DNA of 35,500 nt from Candidatus Micrarchaeia archaeon (GCA_039794045.1 JBAMLY010000007.1:1-35500); one strand, 5' to 3'; shown: positions 1 to 9,475, numbered from the stretch's first letter. Notes: generated by a model not told the origin, from the sequence alone. Made by a program: numbers and translations.

Positions 1-2
1 CA

Positions 3-161
3 AAAACTCCTGACGAAGCAATCCTTTCATTCAACCCGAAAGGCGAGAAGGCAGCTGCCTGGCTCAAAGGAATAAAGGAGTACCGGCAGGGAAGCAACGA
101 GTACTTGGAACAAGTTAGGAAACAACTCATTGCGCATGTTGCGCGCAAGTATGCCGCCTAA
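3..161 (+). CDS. 3' end of a hypothetical protein (truncated by window start)
   Basis: Open frame from base 3 (KTPDEAILSFNPKGEKAAAWLKGIKEY...VARKYAA) to TAA at 159-161; convergent with idi. Confidence 0.55.
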   Translation, partial: KTPDEAILSFNPKGEKAAAWLKGIKEYRQGSNEYLEQVRKQLIAHVARKYAA

Positions 162-169
162 ACTGAAAA

Positions 170-691
170 TTATAACTTGTTCTTGCTCACGTAGTCGATT
201 ACCTTGTCGATGGCTTCCTTGAACCAGTAAGTGTAGTTGTCGGGGTTGCGTTTTATGTCCCCGCGCAGCTCGCGCAAGTCCACCCACTTCCAATCCATCA
301 CTTCAGCTGGGTTGGGCTTTGGGTCGCCGTCGAACTTCCCAATGTAGACGTGGTCGAGCTCGTGCTCGAACAACCCGTTCTCGAACTTCACTTGATAGAC
401 GAACGAAAAAACTTCTTTGAGGGGGCAGTCGAAGCCCATCTCCTCCACCAGCCTGCGGTGAATCGCCTCGTCAAGCTTCTCGCCTGGCCGCGGGTGGCTA
501 CAGCAAGTGTTAGTCCACAAGCCGCCCGAGTGGTACTTTTCTTTCGCGCGCTGGTGAATCAAGAGCTTGCCGTCCGAGTTGAAAACAAAAATCGAGAACG
601 CACGGTGCAGCTGGCCATTCCGATGCACTTCCATTTTCTCGCCCACGCCTAGCTCGCGGTCGTTCTCGTCAACGAGTATTACTTGCTCCAT
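170..691 (-). CDS. idi: Isopentenyl-diphosphate delta-isomerase, type 1 (Nudix fold)
   Basis: LHRAFS, WTNTCCSHP, RRLVEEMG, EHELDH and YTYWF motifs of type 1 IDI; GGTGAGG SD upstream. Confidence 0.95.
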   Translation of the reverse strand: MEQVILVDENDRELGVGEKMEVHRNGQLHRAFSIFVFNSDGKLLIHQRAKEKYHSGGLWTNTCCSHPRPGEKLDEAIHRRLVEEMGFDCPLKEVFSFVYQVKFENGLFEHELDHVYIGKFDGDPKPNPAEVMDWKWVDLRELRGDIKRNPDNYTYWFKEAIDKVIDYVSKNKL

Positions 692-760
692 TTTACAACC
701 TCACCTAAACCTGCAATTCATTTTTATTTGGGAACCTATTTAAGCCTACAAGTGAAAGCC

Positions 761-1690
761 ATGCCTGAATTCCGTGAGGACTCTACCAAGAAGACAATCG
801 TCGTGAACGCGAGCCTGCGCGGAAAACGCACGCAACTCTACAAGTGGATAGGAAGGAAGACCTGCCCCTTCGACAACCCAATAGAGCCAACTACTTTCGT
901 GGCTTCCAAGGGCAGCTGGAGCGTGCGCGCCTTCAAGAACAAGTACCCTTTCGTGGTTCCCGCTAAGAAGTTCAAGAAAAAAGGATTATTTTGGCGCAGT
1001 CCAGCTTTCGGGGAACACGAAGTAATAATTGAGACAAGCGAACACAACAAGTTGTTTCACGAGCTTTCAAGCGATGAACTCGAACTAGTGTTTGAAGCGT
1101 ACAAGAACAGGTTTCAAGTGCTCGAGAAAAGAAAAGGAATAAAATGCGTTTTCTTGTTCAAGAACCACGGGCGGGCGGGCGGCGCGAGCGTTGAGCACGA
1201 GCACGCGCAAATAATTTCTTTTCCCTTCGTGCCCGAAATTATTGAGAGGGAAGCGTTCTTCGTGAAGAAAACCAAGCGCGAAGGCAAGTGCTGGTTCTGC
1301 GACGTCAAAAAACACTTTCGGGGCCAGCAATGGCGTTTCGTGAGCGAAACAAAGAACTTTACTGCCTTTGTTCCCCCCTTTGGCCGCTTTCCGTTCGAGT
1401 GCTGGATAATAGCGAAGCGGCACGCGCGAAGCATAACGGAATTGAGTACGCAAGAAGGAACAGAGTTTTTGCGCTTGCTTGCAAGAATAGTGGGCGCCGA
1501 GCGAGGGCTAGCGTGCGAGGACTACACTATAGCGTTCCACAACGCACCCAAGGGAAGAGACTTTCATTTTCACGCTGAAGTCTATCCAAGGCCAAACGTG
1601 TGGGCAGGAATAGAGTTGGGCGCTGGCGTGGTCGGCAACCCGCAAAGCGACGAGGAAGCCGCTTACGCTTTAAGGGAAGCCTTGTTCTAG
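761..1690 (+). CDS. GalT-like HIT-superfamily nucleotidyltransferase (galactose-1-phosphate uridylyltransferase family)
   Basis: CPF, NKYP, GEHEVIIE, FKNHG..GGASVEHEHAQI (HxHxQ), CWFC, FHFHAEVYPR, AGIELG; start moved to ATG 761 (MPEFRED). Confidence 0.85.
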   Translation: MPEFREDSTKKTIVVNASLRGKRTQLYKWIGRKTCPFDNPIEPTTFVASKGSWSVRAFKNKYPFVVPAKKFKKKGLFWRSPAFGEHEVIIETSEHNKLFHELSSDELELVFEAYKNRFQVLEKRKGIKCVFLFKNHGRAGGASVEHEHAQIISFPFVPEIIEREAFFVKKTKREGKCWFCDVKKHFRGQQWRFVSETKNFTAFVPPFGRFPFECWIIAKRHARSITELSTQEGTEFLRLLARIVGAERGLACEDYTIAFHNAPKGRDFHFHAEVYPRPNVWAGIELGAGVVGNPQSDEEAAYALREALF

Positions 1691-1694
1691 GGCT

Positions 1695-2228
1695 TCACTG
1701 AATGGCTACCGGCTTTCCTTCTTCTTCCTTTCCTGGCTTCGCTCTCTCTAGTTTTACTTCTAGGACGCCGTTCTTGTAAGTTGCCTTGGCAGTGTCTGGC
1801 TTTACTTTAACCCTCAAATCAATGTTTTTGGAGTACTTGTAGTTGGGGTTGTCCACGCGAACGAGCAAGCTGTCCTCGGTTGCCCTCAGTCTTATCTCGT
1901 TTTTCTCCACGCCGGGCAGCTCCACTATCACGGTAACTTCTCTACTTCCCTCTATAACATCAACTAGAGGCTCGCGTTCGCCGAAGTTCTTGGCTTTTCC
2001 TTTCACTACTGGGGGAACGTTGCCAAACTCTTCAAAAACTGGCTTGCCGTCTGGGCCAGTACGCAATGAAAAACCGTAAACGAATGGACCGTACTTCTGC
2101 ACTCTCGCGCCCGGAGTCTTTTGCGCGCGCTCAATCATTTTCTCCATTTCTTCTTGAATGCGCTCAAATTCCTCGTCCAAGTCTAAGTTAAACAAATCAA
2201 AGAAGGACTTGCGCTTTTTCAATGCCAC
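1695..2228 (-). CDS. hsp20: Archaeal small heat shock protein Hsp20
   Basis: GPFVYGFS..GPDGKP..EFGN, REPLVDVIE, ELPGVEK, AKATYKNGVLEV and C-terminal VAI; GTG at 2228 has a GGAGG SD (start uncertain). Confidence 0.93.
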   Translation of the reverse strand: MALKKRKSFFDLFNLDLDEEFERIQEEMEKMIERAQKTPGARVQKYGPFVYGFSLRTGPDGKPVFEEFGNVPPVVKGKAKNFGEREPLVDVIEGSREVTVIVELPGVEKNEIRLRATEDSLLVRVDNPNYKYSKNIDLRVKVKPDTAKATYKNGVLEVKLERAKPGKEEEGKPVAIQ

Positions 2229-2249
2229 ACCAACCGCCTCCACAACAAA

Positions 2250-2272
2250 TTTTTACTTTAAACTAGTAAAAA
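2250..2272. promoter_or_regulatory. Perfect palindrome TTTTTACT-N7-AGTAAAAA between divergent hsp20 and methyltransferase genes
   Basis: 8-bp inverted arms around TTAAACT; related copies at 12483, 20999 and 21041. Confidence 0.55.
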
Positions 2273-2276
2273 ACAT

Positions 2277-2924
2277 GTGTTCAAAAATCTTGCCTTTAAA
2301 GCTCCTTCCCACGTCACTGCCTGGGAGAGAGACTACTTCAAGCGCGGCGCGGCGTGGAGGGGGACAACCAACTTTGACTTGAACCTCCCCCCGCAAAGCA
2401 AAGTACTTGAAATAGGGTGCGGCAACGGCAAAAACGTTTCAGCGCTCGCCCGCAAGGGCTTTGAATTACATGCGATAGATTCTTCCAAGAGCGCGCTCAA
2501 GCTGTGCAGCGACCTCTTAAAGCGAGTTGAAGGAAAAGCAACGCTTAAGCTCATGGACGCGCGGCGCCTCGAGTACGCAGACGAGTTTTTTGACGCCGTG
2601 TTTTGTTTTCACGTCTTGGGGCACTTGCTTGAAGGCGAGAGAAGGCAGGCTGCAAGCGAAGCCGTTCGCGTGCTAAGAAAGGGGGGAACTCTTTTTTTCC
2701 GCGACTTCGCGGAAGGCGACTTGCGACAAGGCAAAGGCGTGAAAGTAGAGGAAAGAACTTGGAGGAAAGGAAACGGAATAATAACTCATTATTTTTCGTT
2801 GCAGGAAGCCCGCAACTTGTTTCCCGAGTTAAAACAAGAAGAATTGCGCGTTGAAGAGTGGCGCGTCTACTACCACGCCAGGCCCTGGCTCAGACGCGAA
2901 ATTCACGCGCGGTTCGTGAAATGA
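2277..2924 (+). CDS. Class I SAM-dependent methyltransferase
   Basis: VLEIGCGNGKN motif I, AIDSS, FDAVFCFHVLGHL, VLRKGG. Confidence 0.9.
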   Translation: MFKNLAFKAPSHVTAWERDYFKRGAAWRGTTNFDLNLPPQSKVLEIGCGNGKNVSALARKGFELHAIDSSKSALKLCSDLLKRVEGKATLKLMDARRLEYADEFFDAVFCFHVLGHLLEGERRQAASEAVRVLRKGGTLFFRDFAEGDLRQGKGVKVEERTWRKGNGIITHYFSLQEARNLFPELKQEELRVEEWRVYYHARPWLRREIHARFVK

Positions 2925-2930
2925 AAAAAC

Positions 2931-3335
2931 CTATTTAGCTTCTTCCTTTTTTTCTTTCGGTTTGGGCGTGAAGCCAAGCTCGGCTAGCGTCTTGGAACCG
3001 TATTCTATTATTTTCGTGTTCAACTGCATGGTGTGAGCGCCCACGGTATTGCCTACCACTGTCTTTTTCTTGCGTTGCCCCTTGCCGAGGCCGCGCACGC
3101 CAGGGCCAGAGCTCAAAAGCGACTGAATGCGCCTAACGCCGTGCACTTCCGGCCTCATTGGAAAGCCGTCCTTGTCGCTGCCGCCAGTGATTTCAAGCTT
3201 GTATCCCTCCAAGCCTGCAATGCCGCCGTCGAAAGCGTCTCCAATTTTTTTCCCGTAAAGCTGTGGCTCCCTCGCTTTGTCCAGCTCGCGCTGAAAGCAA
3301 TTGCCTGTCTTTGGGTCCGCTATTACTAACTTCAT
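2931..3335 (-). CDS. rps6e: 30S ribosomal protein eS6 (S6e)
   Basis: GKKIGD, ITGGSDKDGFPMRP, RKKKTVVGN, QLNTKI. Confidence 0.96.
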   Translation of the reverse strand: MKLVIADPKTGNCFQRELDKAREPQLYGKKIGDAFDGGIAGLEGYKLEITGGSDKDGFPMRPEVHGVRRIQSLLSSGPGVRGLGKGQRKKKTVVGNTVGAHTMQLNTKIIEYGSKTLAELGFTPKPKEKKEEAK

Positions 3336-3351
3336 TCACGCAACACCCTTC

Positions 3352-3399
3352 CCAGTTATAACTCGACAGCTCAGATGGCCCGAGCAATGCAATAACTAG
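3352..3399 (-). promoter_or_regulatory. Structured 5' leader hairpin of rps6e
   Basis: On the minus strand CUAGUUAU pairs with AUAACUGG and GCUCGG with UCGAGU; all three non-Watson-Crick positions are G-U on the minus strand. Confidence 0.5.
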
Positions 3400-3449
3400 C
3401 GGCGAGAAACTTATTAACCGTTTCGCAGCTTAATGAAAAAGGTGGTTGC

Positions 3450-4415
3450 ATGAAAACCCTTGTTCTAGGAAAAAAAGATTTGAACGAGTTATTGAGTATG
3501 CCTGAAACAATCAAGGCAGTTGAAAACGCTTTAAAGAAAGATTTCAGCATGCCCCCAAAAATTTACTTGAACGTGCCGAACGGCGACTACCGCGCCATGC
3601 CGTGCCACCAAGGAAAATTCGCTTCAATAAAATGGGTTAGCGTCTACCCCGCCAATCCGTCGCAAGGACTTCCCACGGTAATGGCGACGTTGATATTGAA
3701 CGACGCCTCTAACGCCGCGCCACTCGCCGTAATGGAGGCAGCGCAGTTGACTGCCTTCAGGACTGGCGCAATGGCTGCAATAGCCACTAAACACCTTGCC
3801 CGCCCCAACTCCGACGTGCTAGCGTTAGTGGGAGCTGGAACGCAGGCTAGAACGCAGTTGCTTGCAATACAAGAAGTCTTGCCGCGCTTGAAGGAAGTAC
3901 GCGTGACAGACGCAAAACCAGGGCTCGCCGAAAAATTTGCTTCAGAAATGCAGGCTAAGTGCAGGAAAGCAAGAATAATGGTCGCAGAAAGCGTAGAAGA
4001 AGCCGTGCGCGGAGCCAGCGTGATCAGCACAGTCACTCCATCCAGGACGCCCATAGTACAAAGCGATTGGGTGGGCGAAGGAGCGCACGTTAACGCCGTG
4101 GGCGCCGACGCGGCCGGCAAACAAGAACTAGACCCGCGAATACTAAAGCGCGCCAAAGTCGTAGTAGACAATTTAGAGCAAGCGTCCCACAGCGGTGAAA
4201 TCAACGTGCCAATCTCTAAAGGGCTGTTCAAGGAAAGCGATGTAGCCGCAGAAATAGTTGACGTAGTACGCAACGGAAAGAAAGTAAGACAGAACGAAAA
4301 AGACGTCACCGTATTCTGTTCCACTGGACTGGCAGTGCAAGACCTGGCAACCGCTTCAATGGTTTACGAGAAAGCGTTAAAGAAGGGAATCGGGGTTCAA
4401 GCAGAATTCGTTTAA
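3450..4415 (+). CDS. ala: Archaeal alanine dehydrogenase (ornithine cyclodeaminase/mu-crystallin family)
   Basis: MPPKIYL, GDYRAMP, IKWVSVYPANP, LTAFRTGA, VGAGTQA, NAVGADAAGKQELD, HSGEINVP, STGLAVQD. Confidence 0.88.
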   Translation: MKTLVLGKKDLNELLSMPETIKAVENALKKDFSMPPKIYLNVPNGDYRAMPCHQGKFASIKWVSVYPANPSQGLPTVMATLILNDASNAAPLAVMEAAQLTAFRTGAMAAIATKHLARPNSDVLALVGAGTQARTQLLAIQEVLPRLKEVRVTDAKPGLAEKFASEMQAKCRKARIMVAESVEEAVRGASVISTVTPSRTPIVQSDWVGEGAHVNAVGADAAGKQELDPRILKRAKVVVDNLEQASHSGEINVPISKGLFKESDVAAEIVDVVRNGKKVRQNEKDVTVFCSTGLAVQDLATASMVYEKALKKGIGVQAEFV

Positions 4416-6178
4416 AAAACAGTGTACCCCTTGATTTTCTTTATCTGCTTCAACAACTCCATTTCCTCGAAAGAAAAAGCTTGAGCGTACTTTTCTTCAA
4501 TGAGCGCAGCGTCCTCTTTTGGAATGCTGCTGTAAAGCACTTGCTTCGCCCAACACTGCCTCCCGAAAGCCGGACCCTGAATGGAAACCGCTACTTGCTG
4601 GCCCTTGCGCGCTTCCTCTAAAGGCTTTTTCTCGTGCTGGATTCCTTGCACGACGCCCACCACCACGCCATCCTCGTTCATTAACTCCACGTCCTTCTTG
4701 AGAGTGCCTTCAAGCACTTCCACGCCCACCACGCAAGGATTGCTTACTCGAAAACAACAACCAGGTAGAACTAAAAGCTTGACAGGCAAGGCAAGGCTCG
4801 CGAACGCCTCGCGTTTTTCGCGCACTTTTTCTTCTTCCACCCACCGCTTGTAATCTTCAATCAAGTTGTAAATCACTTTCTCTTCGAAGACTTTTACCTT
4901 GTTTTCTTCAGCGAAGGCCTTGACGTCAGCGGGAACCTCTACGTTGAAAGCAAAAACCACTCCCTTCAAAGCGTCTTTTTCCTTGACTGCGAGAGCCTCA
5001 ACGACATCCCTCTTTGAAAGCGCGCCGATGGCGGCGCGGCGCACCGAAATATTTTCTGCCGCGAAAAGCTTCGTGATGGCCTCCAAGCTGCCAAGCGCGT
5101 CCGCCTTGAACACCACGCCAAGCTCGTCGCTTTCAACAACTATGTCGCGCACTTCCTTCTTCACTGCAGCAGCCACTGCCGCGACGTCCTCGCCACTGGA
5201 AACCACGTAAAGCGAAGAGCCGGCAACGGCCGCGTCAGCTCCCTCGCAAGCTATTTTTACTCCGCAAGCAGCGTGCGCTTCAGAAACAGAAGAAAACTTG
5301 TGGCGGGGGTCACGCATTTCATCCAACGGCTTTGGCTTCAACAACGCCTTCACCTTGGAAACGACTGCGTCGTCCTGCGTAGCGAACACTATTTGGTCGC
5401 CCTCCCTTACCACTCCATCGTATAGAATCACGTCAAGAGTCTTGCCTAGCCCGGGTTCTTCGCGCACTTCAAGAATGGCGCCCTTGCCTGCCGCCTTCTC
5501 GTGAAGCTCTAGCCTGCCCGCCAAAAACTTTTGCGCTAGCCCGGCAACGTACATCAAGAGCTCCTGAATTCCCTCGCCAGTGTGCGCGCTCACCGGAATT
5601 ATTAGCAGTTGCTTAGTGAAGTCAGTGACGCGGTCGAACCTCTCCGCAGAAAAACCGTGAGAGTAAAGAGCTCCAATCAACTCGTACAACTTCTTGTCAA
5701 GAAACGCTTGAACGTCAGGCCGTTGCCTCGCGATGGAAGCAGAAAAGCAAGCATCAGGCACTGGAATCCACCCGCTCAACGCGTCAATCTTGGTTGCTGC
5801 CACCACGAAAGGAACTTTGTACTCCCGAAGTATTTCTATCGCTTCCACTGTCTGGTTCTGAATTCCTTGGTTGATATCAATGACGAGAATCGCTATGTCT
5901 GCAATGCTTCCCCCGCGGCGGCGCAAGTTCGCGAAAGCCTCGTGCCCAGGAGTGTCAATGAAGAGCAACCCCGGAATAGTGAATTCAGTCTTCATCCTTG
6001 AAACCAAATCAGCACACCTAGCCTTCACCACGGAAATCGGGACTTCGGAAGCGCCAACATGCTGCGTGATAGCGCCCGCTTCTCGCGCTTGCACGCTGGA
6101 CTTGCGTATGGCGTCAAGCAAGCTCGTCTTGCCGTGGTCCACGTGGCCGAGAACGGTGACTACCGGCTGGCGCAGCAT
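4412..6178 (-). CDS. infB: Translation initiation factor aIF5B (IF-2)
   Basis: MLRQPVVTVLGHVDHGKT, EAGAITQHVGA, DTPGHEAF, TKID, KADALGSLEA; true start ATG 6178; no intein. Confidence 0.97.
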   Translation of the reverse strand: MLRQPVVTVLGHVDHGKTSLLDAIRKSSVQAREAGAITQHVGASEVPISVVKARCADLVSRMKTEFTIPGLLFIDTPGHEAFANLRRRGGSIADIAILVIDINQGIQNQTVEAIEILREYKVPFVVAATKIDALSGWIPVPDACFSASIARQRPDVQAFLDKKLYELIGALYSHGFSAERFDRVTDFTKQLLIIPVSAHTGEGIQELLMYVAGLAQKFLAGRLELHEKAAGKGAILEVREEPGLGKTLDVILYDGVVREGDQIVFATQDDAVVSKVKALLKPKPLDEMRDPRHKFSSVSEAHAACGVKIACEGADAAVAGSSLYVVSSGEDVAAVAAAVKKEVRDIVVESDELGVVFKADALGSLEAITKLFAAENISVRRAAIGALSKRDVVEALAVKEKDALKGVVFAFNVEVPADVKAFAEENKVKVFEEKVIYNLIEDYKRWVEEEKVREKREAFASLALPVKLLVLPGCCFRVSNPCVVGVEVLEGTLKKDVELMNEDGVVVGVVQGIQHEKKPLEEARKGQQVAVSIQGPAFGRQCWAKQVLYSSIPKEDAALIEEKYAQAFSFEEMELLKQIKKIKGYTVF

Positions 6179-6182
6179 AAAA

Positions 6183-6641
6183 TCAGTCCTCAAAACCCCT
6201 CCCAGTACTGCCGAACCCGCCTTCGCCGCGCGCAGTCCCTGAAAGCTCTTCTTCTTCGACGAAGGAAGCTCGTTCCACGCGCGCCAACACTGCCTGAGCA
6301 ATGCGGTCACCGCGCCTTACAGTGAAAGGCTTGCTACCCAAGTTCAAGAGAATCACCTTGCATTCCCCGCGATAGTCACAGTCAATCGTCGCAGGCGAGT
6401 TGGGAAGCGTTACTCCCTTCAAGGCAAGACTGCTTCTTGGACGCAACTGCATCTCGTAACCCCGCGGAATCTCGAAATGCAATCCCGTCGGAATCAAGGC
6501 AGTCTCGCCAGGCGCAATCACTACTTCTTCCTCTACCGCGGCACGCAAGTCCGCTCCAGCTGATCCCTCAGTCATGTACTGCGGGAAAGTAATTCCCTTG
6601 CCGTGCGGAGCGACTTTCACTTTAACTACCGGAACGCTCAT
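6183..6641 (-). CDS. dut: Trimeric dUTP diphosphatase
   Basis: [39 protein letters not shown] (all five motifs). Confidence 0.95.
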   Translation of the reverse strand: MSVPVVKVKVAPHGKGITFPQYMTEGSAGADLRAAVEEEVVIAPGETALIPTGLHFEIPRGYEMQLRPRSSLALKGVTLPNSPATIDCDYRGECKVILLNLGSKPFTVRRGDRIAQAVLARVERASFVEEEELSGTARGEGGFGSTGRGFED

Positions 6642-6642
6642 G

Positions 6643-7227
6643 TCAACCAAACAAAGCTTTTTCGTCTGCGCGCTTCCACGAAATTATTTCGCGTTCCTGG
6701 AACCACAGCTTCACCTCGTTCTCGGCTTCCTCGCGGTTCGCAGAAGCGTGAATTATGTTGTGAATGCAGCGCTGCGCCGCGTTGGCAGTAAAGGAAGAGT
6801 CTACTGAAAAGTCTCCGCGAATCGTTCCAGGCGCAGCCAAGGCAGGCAAAGTATTGCCAGTTATCTTCCTCACTTGCTCTATTGCGAAGGGGCCCTCCCA
6901 CACCATTGCAACGACTGGCCCAGAAGAAATAAAGTCGCACAACCACTTTTTAACTAGCTTTCCTATGCCGAGGTTGTCCTTGGCCCCCAATTGCTTGGCG
7001 TCCAAACCATGCTCCTTGTAAAAGTTCAGGGTCTTGTCGCCTACCGAGCGCAGCCACTCCTCGCTGGAAGGATAATGCTTTTCCACGAAATCCGCGGAAG
7101 GCTTTACCATCTTCATGGCGACGAGCTTCAAGCCAACGCGCTCAAAGCGCGAAATACATTCTCCCACCAAGCCACGCTGCACGCCATCCGGCTTCACCAT
7201 CACAAAAGTCCTTTCTGTCTCCACCAC
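6643..7227 (-). CDS. ndk: Nucleoside diphosphate kinase
   Basis: [43 protein letters not shown] (catalytic His). Confidence 0.96.
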   Translation of the reverse strand: MVETERTFVMVKPDGVQRGLVGECISRFERVGLKLVAMKMVKPSADFVEKHYPSSEEWLRSVGDKTLNFYKEHGLDAKQLGAKDNLGIGKLVKKWLCDFISSGPVVAMVWEGPFAIEQVRKITGNTLPALAAPGTIRGDFSVDSSFTANAAQRCIHNIIHASANREEAENEVKLWFQEREIISWKRADEKALFG

Positions 7228-7297
7228 TCACCACCGCCACAAAATCAGTTCAAGAAAGTAGGCGCGCCAAACTATTTAATGCTTGTTTAACAGAGGG

Positions 7298-9475
7298 CTA
7301 GCGCGACGCTGAAGAAAGAAACAAGGCAAGTTCTTCGTCCTCGGCACTTGAAGAATCCACTGGCAACGGGCGCTGAGGCGAAGAACCAATTAATTCTTTT
7401 ATCCTGTTTAGCCTGGAAGACAACTCCCGCGCGCCACCTTCGCTCAAGCGCTTTCTCGCAAACAAAGCCAGCGCTGCGAGCGCGGCAATCATTAGCGCGC
7501 CAAACACTGCAAGAGCAGGCGCTGCCGCCGCGAACAAGCCAGTCAAGCTAAATGGCTGCCGCGAAAAAAGAACTACTTGCTTGGAGAACACACCATGCGA
7601 CGAAGAAACTACTATAGTGGCGTTGTAAGCCTCTTGCTTTCTCGGGATAACAACGGCGAGCGCCAATGAAGCATTCTGGTTGCGCGCCAACGAAAACGAC
7701 GCGGGATCAAAAGAATAGTTTGCTTCCTTAGGTAGTCCCTCCAAGCTCGCTTGAGCAGAAGTAAAGTCACCGTAATTGAAAACTGAAACGTTGAGCTTCA
7801 CAGACGCGCTTTCCTCGTCTTGCGAGACTATTACTGGCTCGCCAACTTCAATGGAGAGGTTGTCAGCAACTTGCTTGCGCACGAAAATTTGGTCGATTAC
7901 TCCCAAGAGTTCACTGTAGTCGCCGGCGTCGTAGTACCTGCCACCAGTTTGTTCTGCCACGCACTTCAACTGGTTGCGTCCAGCCTCGTTTATGTTGAAA
8001 CCAATAGCGTAAACGCGGATTCCTTTTCCGCGAAGCTCTCCAGCTAACAAGCAAGGGTCTTGCCCGCAACTCTCCACGCCGTCGCTAACTAAAACTATTA
8101 AGTTGTCGTTCCTGCGCTCGAAGTCGTTTACTGCCTCGCGCAAAGCAAAAGCAAGAGGCGTCATTCCGCGCGGCTGAAGAGAAGCAACCATTGCCTTTAC
8201 CGCGGCAACATTATCTTGCTTTATTGGTGAGAGCTGGACTGAATCACTGCAAGCACGCAAGTCATTCGTCGAATACTGCGAGCCATAAGTCCTAAGCCCC
8301 ACCCGCATGCTTGAAACGTGTTCCAAGAAGTAGTCTGCGAAATCCTTGGCCACGTCCATCTTGCGCATTCCGCCCACGAAGTCAGCCATCGACTCCGAAG
8401 AATCAATTATTATTTCGGCGTCCGCGGCGGGCTGCACGAAATCATTTGGTTGAACCACCACGGATTCTCCCACTTCCTTTCCTGGAACGCGGCGCACAGT
8501 AATATTGGTTTGCGCTGAGTAAGACAAGCTATAGCGCTGCGAGCGCGCGACAACTTTGCAAGAGAAAGTCTTGCCACCATCAGAATACAGTGGCGCCAAG
8601 TGAAGCACGGAAGACGCGGAAGCACCACCAGAAAGAGAGAATTCAGTGGGAGAAAGAGAAGCGAACGGCGCACAGTCAAGGGAAAGTACGACTACGTCGT
8701 CTTTGCCGCCGTAGTTTTCAATAGTGACCAGCAAGTCCAGCTTTTCTTCGGCCCGAAGAGACACTTTTTCTGGAGCATAGAGCCTGATGTTAGGGCAGTA
8801 GTCTGCGTAAATCAAGGAATTAATTTCGCGCGAGCGACCACCAGCCGTAGAAACTCTCACTGAAAAAGGCAGGGCTTGCGGCGAAAAGTTTTTTGGAACG
8901 TCCACGAAAAGCGTTGCACGCGCGTCATCGCCGGCAGCGAGCGCAAAGCGGTCGCGGTCAAGCGTGAACTGCAAGGGAAGCGAGGCATTCAATAACACCG
9001 CCACAGGCTTTTTCCCTGCATTACGAATTTCGAGGGAAATTGGGGTGACGCCGCCAATGCACGCAGTAGGACGCGAGGGAATTATTTGCGCGTCAGCGTA
9101 CTCGCAAGAATCCAGCGAAACCACTGCCTGGCTGGACAACATATTACCGTAAGCGTCAACCGCAGAAAGAACTAAGACGTAGTCTGCTGGAATTCCGTCA
9201 ATAGCGGCAGTAGCCCACAACTCGAAGTCGACGGAAGAGCGCGCGGGCACGCTCACGTGCGACGGCGAAAACTCAGTGAACGACTTGCCGTCGAGTCCCC
9301 GCAAGTAAAGCGAGTAGTGCTTCAAGGAGTCGCCGTCGTTGCGCAGAGTGAATTGAAGAAACAAGTTGTCTCCACTGCAAGCGCCGCGCTCTAACTGCTT
9401 AAATGAAAGTGAGTCAGCGCTGGCCGCGGCTGCAAAGAAAAACAAAAACAAGAGGAAAAAAATGCGGCGCATCAA
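7298..9475 (-). CDS. Membrane-anchored surface protein with Ig-like repeats and a VWA domain
   Basis: Sec signal peptide; beta-rich repeats; VWA MIDAS DSSES..GMTPL..VSDG (about 7866-8422); LTGLF, TM helix and charged tail. Confidence 0.85.
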   Translation of the reverse strand: MMRRIFFLLFLFFFAAAASADSLSFKQLERGACSGDNLFLQFTLRNDGDSLKHYSLYLRGLDGKSFTEFSPSHVSVPARSSVDFELWATAAIDGIPADYVLVLSAVDAYGNMLSSQAVVSLDSCEYADAQIIPSRPTACIGGVTPISLEIRNAGKKPVAVLLNASLPLQFTLDRDRFALAAGDDARATLFVDVPKNFSPQALPFSVRVSTAGGRSREINSLIYADYCPNIRLYAPEKVSLRAEEKLDLLVTIENYGGKDDVVVLSLDCAPFASLSPTEFSLSGGASASSVLHLAPLYSDGGKTFSCKVVARSQRYSLSYSAQTNITVRRVPGKEVGESVVVQPNDFVQPAADAEIIIDSSESMADFVGGMRKMDVAKDFADYFLEHVSSMRVGLRTYGSQYSTNDLRACSDSVQLSPIKQDNVAAVKAMVASLQPRGMTPLAFALREAVNDFERRNDNLIVLVSDGVESCGQDPCLLAGELRGKGIRVYAIGFNINEAGRNQLKCVAEQTGGRYYDAGDYSELLGVIDQIFVRKQVADNLSIEVGEPVIVSQDEESASVKLNVSVFNYGDFTSAQASLEGLPKEANYSFDPASFSLARNQNASLALAVVIPRKQEAYNATIVVSSSHGVFSKQVVLFSRQPFSLTGLFAAAAPALAVFGALMIAALAALALFARKRLSEGGARELSSRLNRIKELIGSSPQRPLPVDSSSAEDEELALFLSSASR

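Noticed and set aside
6179..6310. N-terminal extension of aIF5B in the ORF track
   Set aside because: Overlaps dut; the conserved start is MLRQP at 6178. Similar over-extensions were trimmed for the GalT-like, gar1, TrmB, MEMO and rps2 genes.
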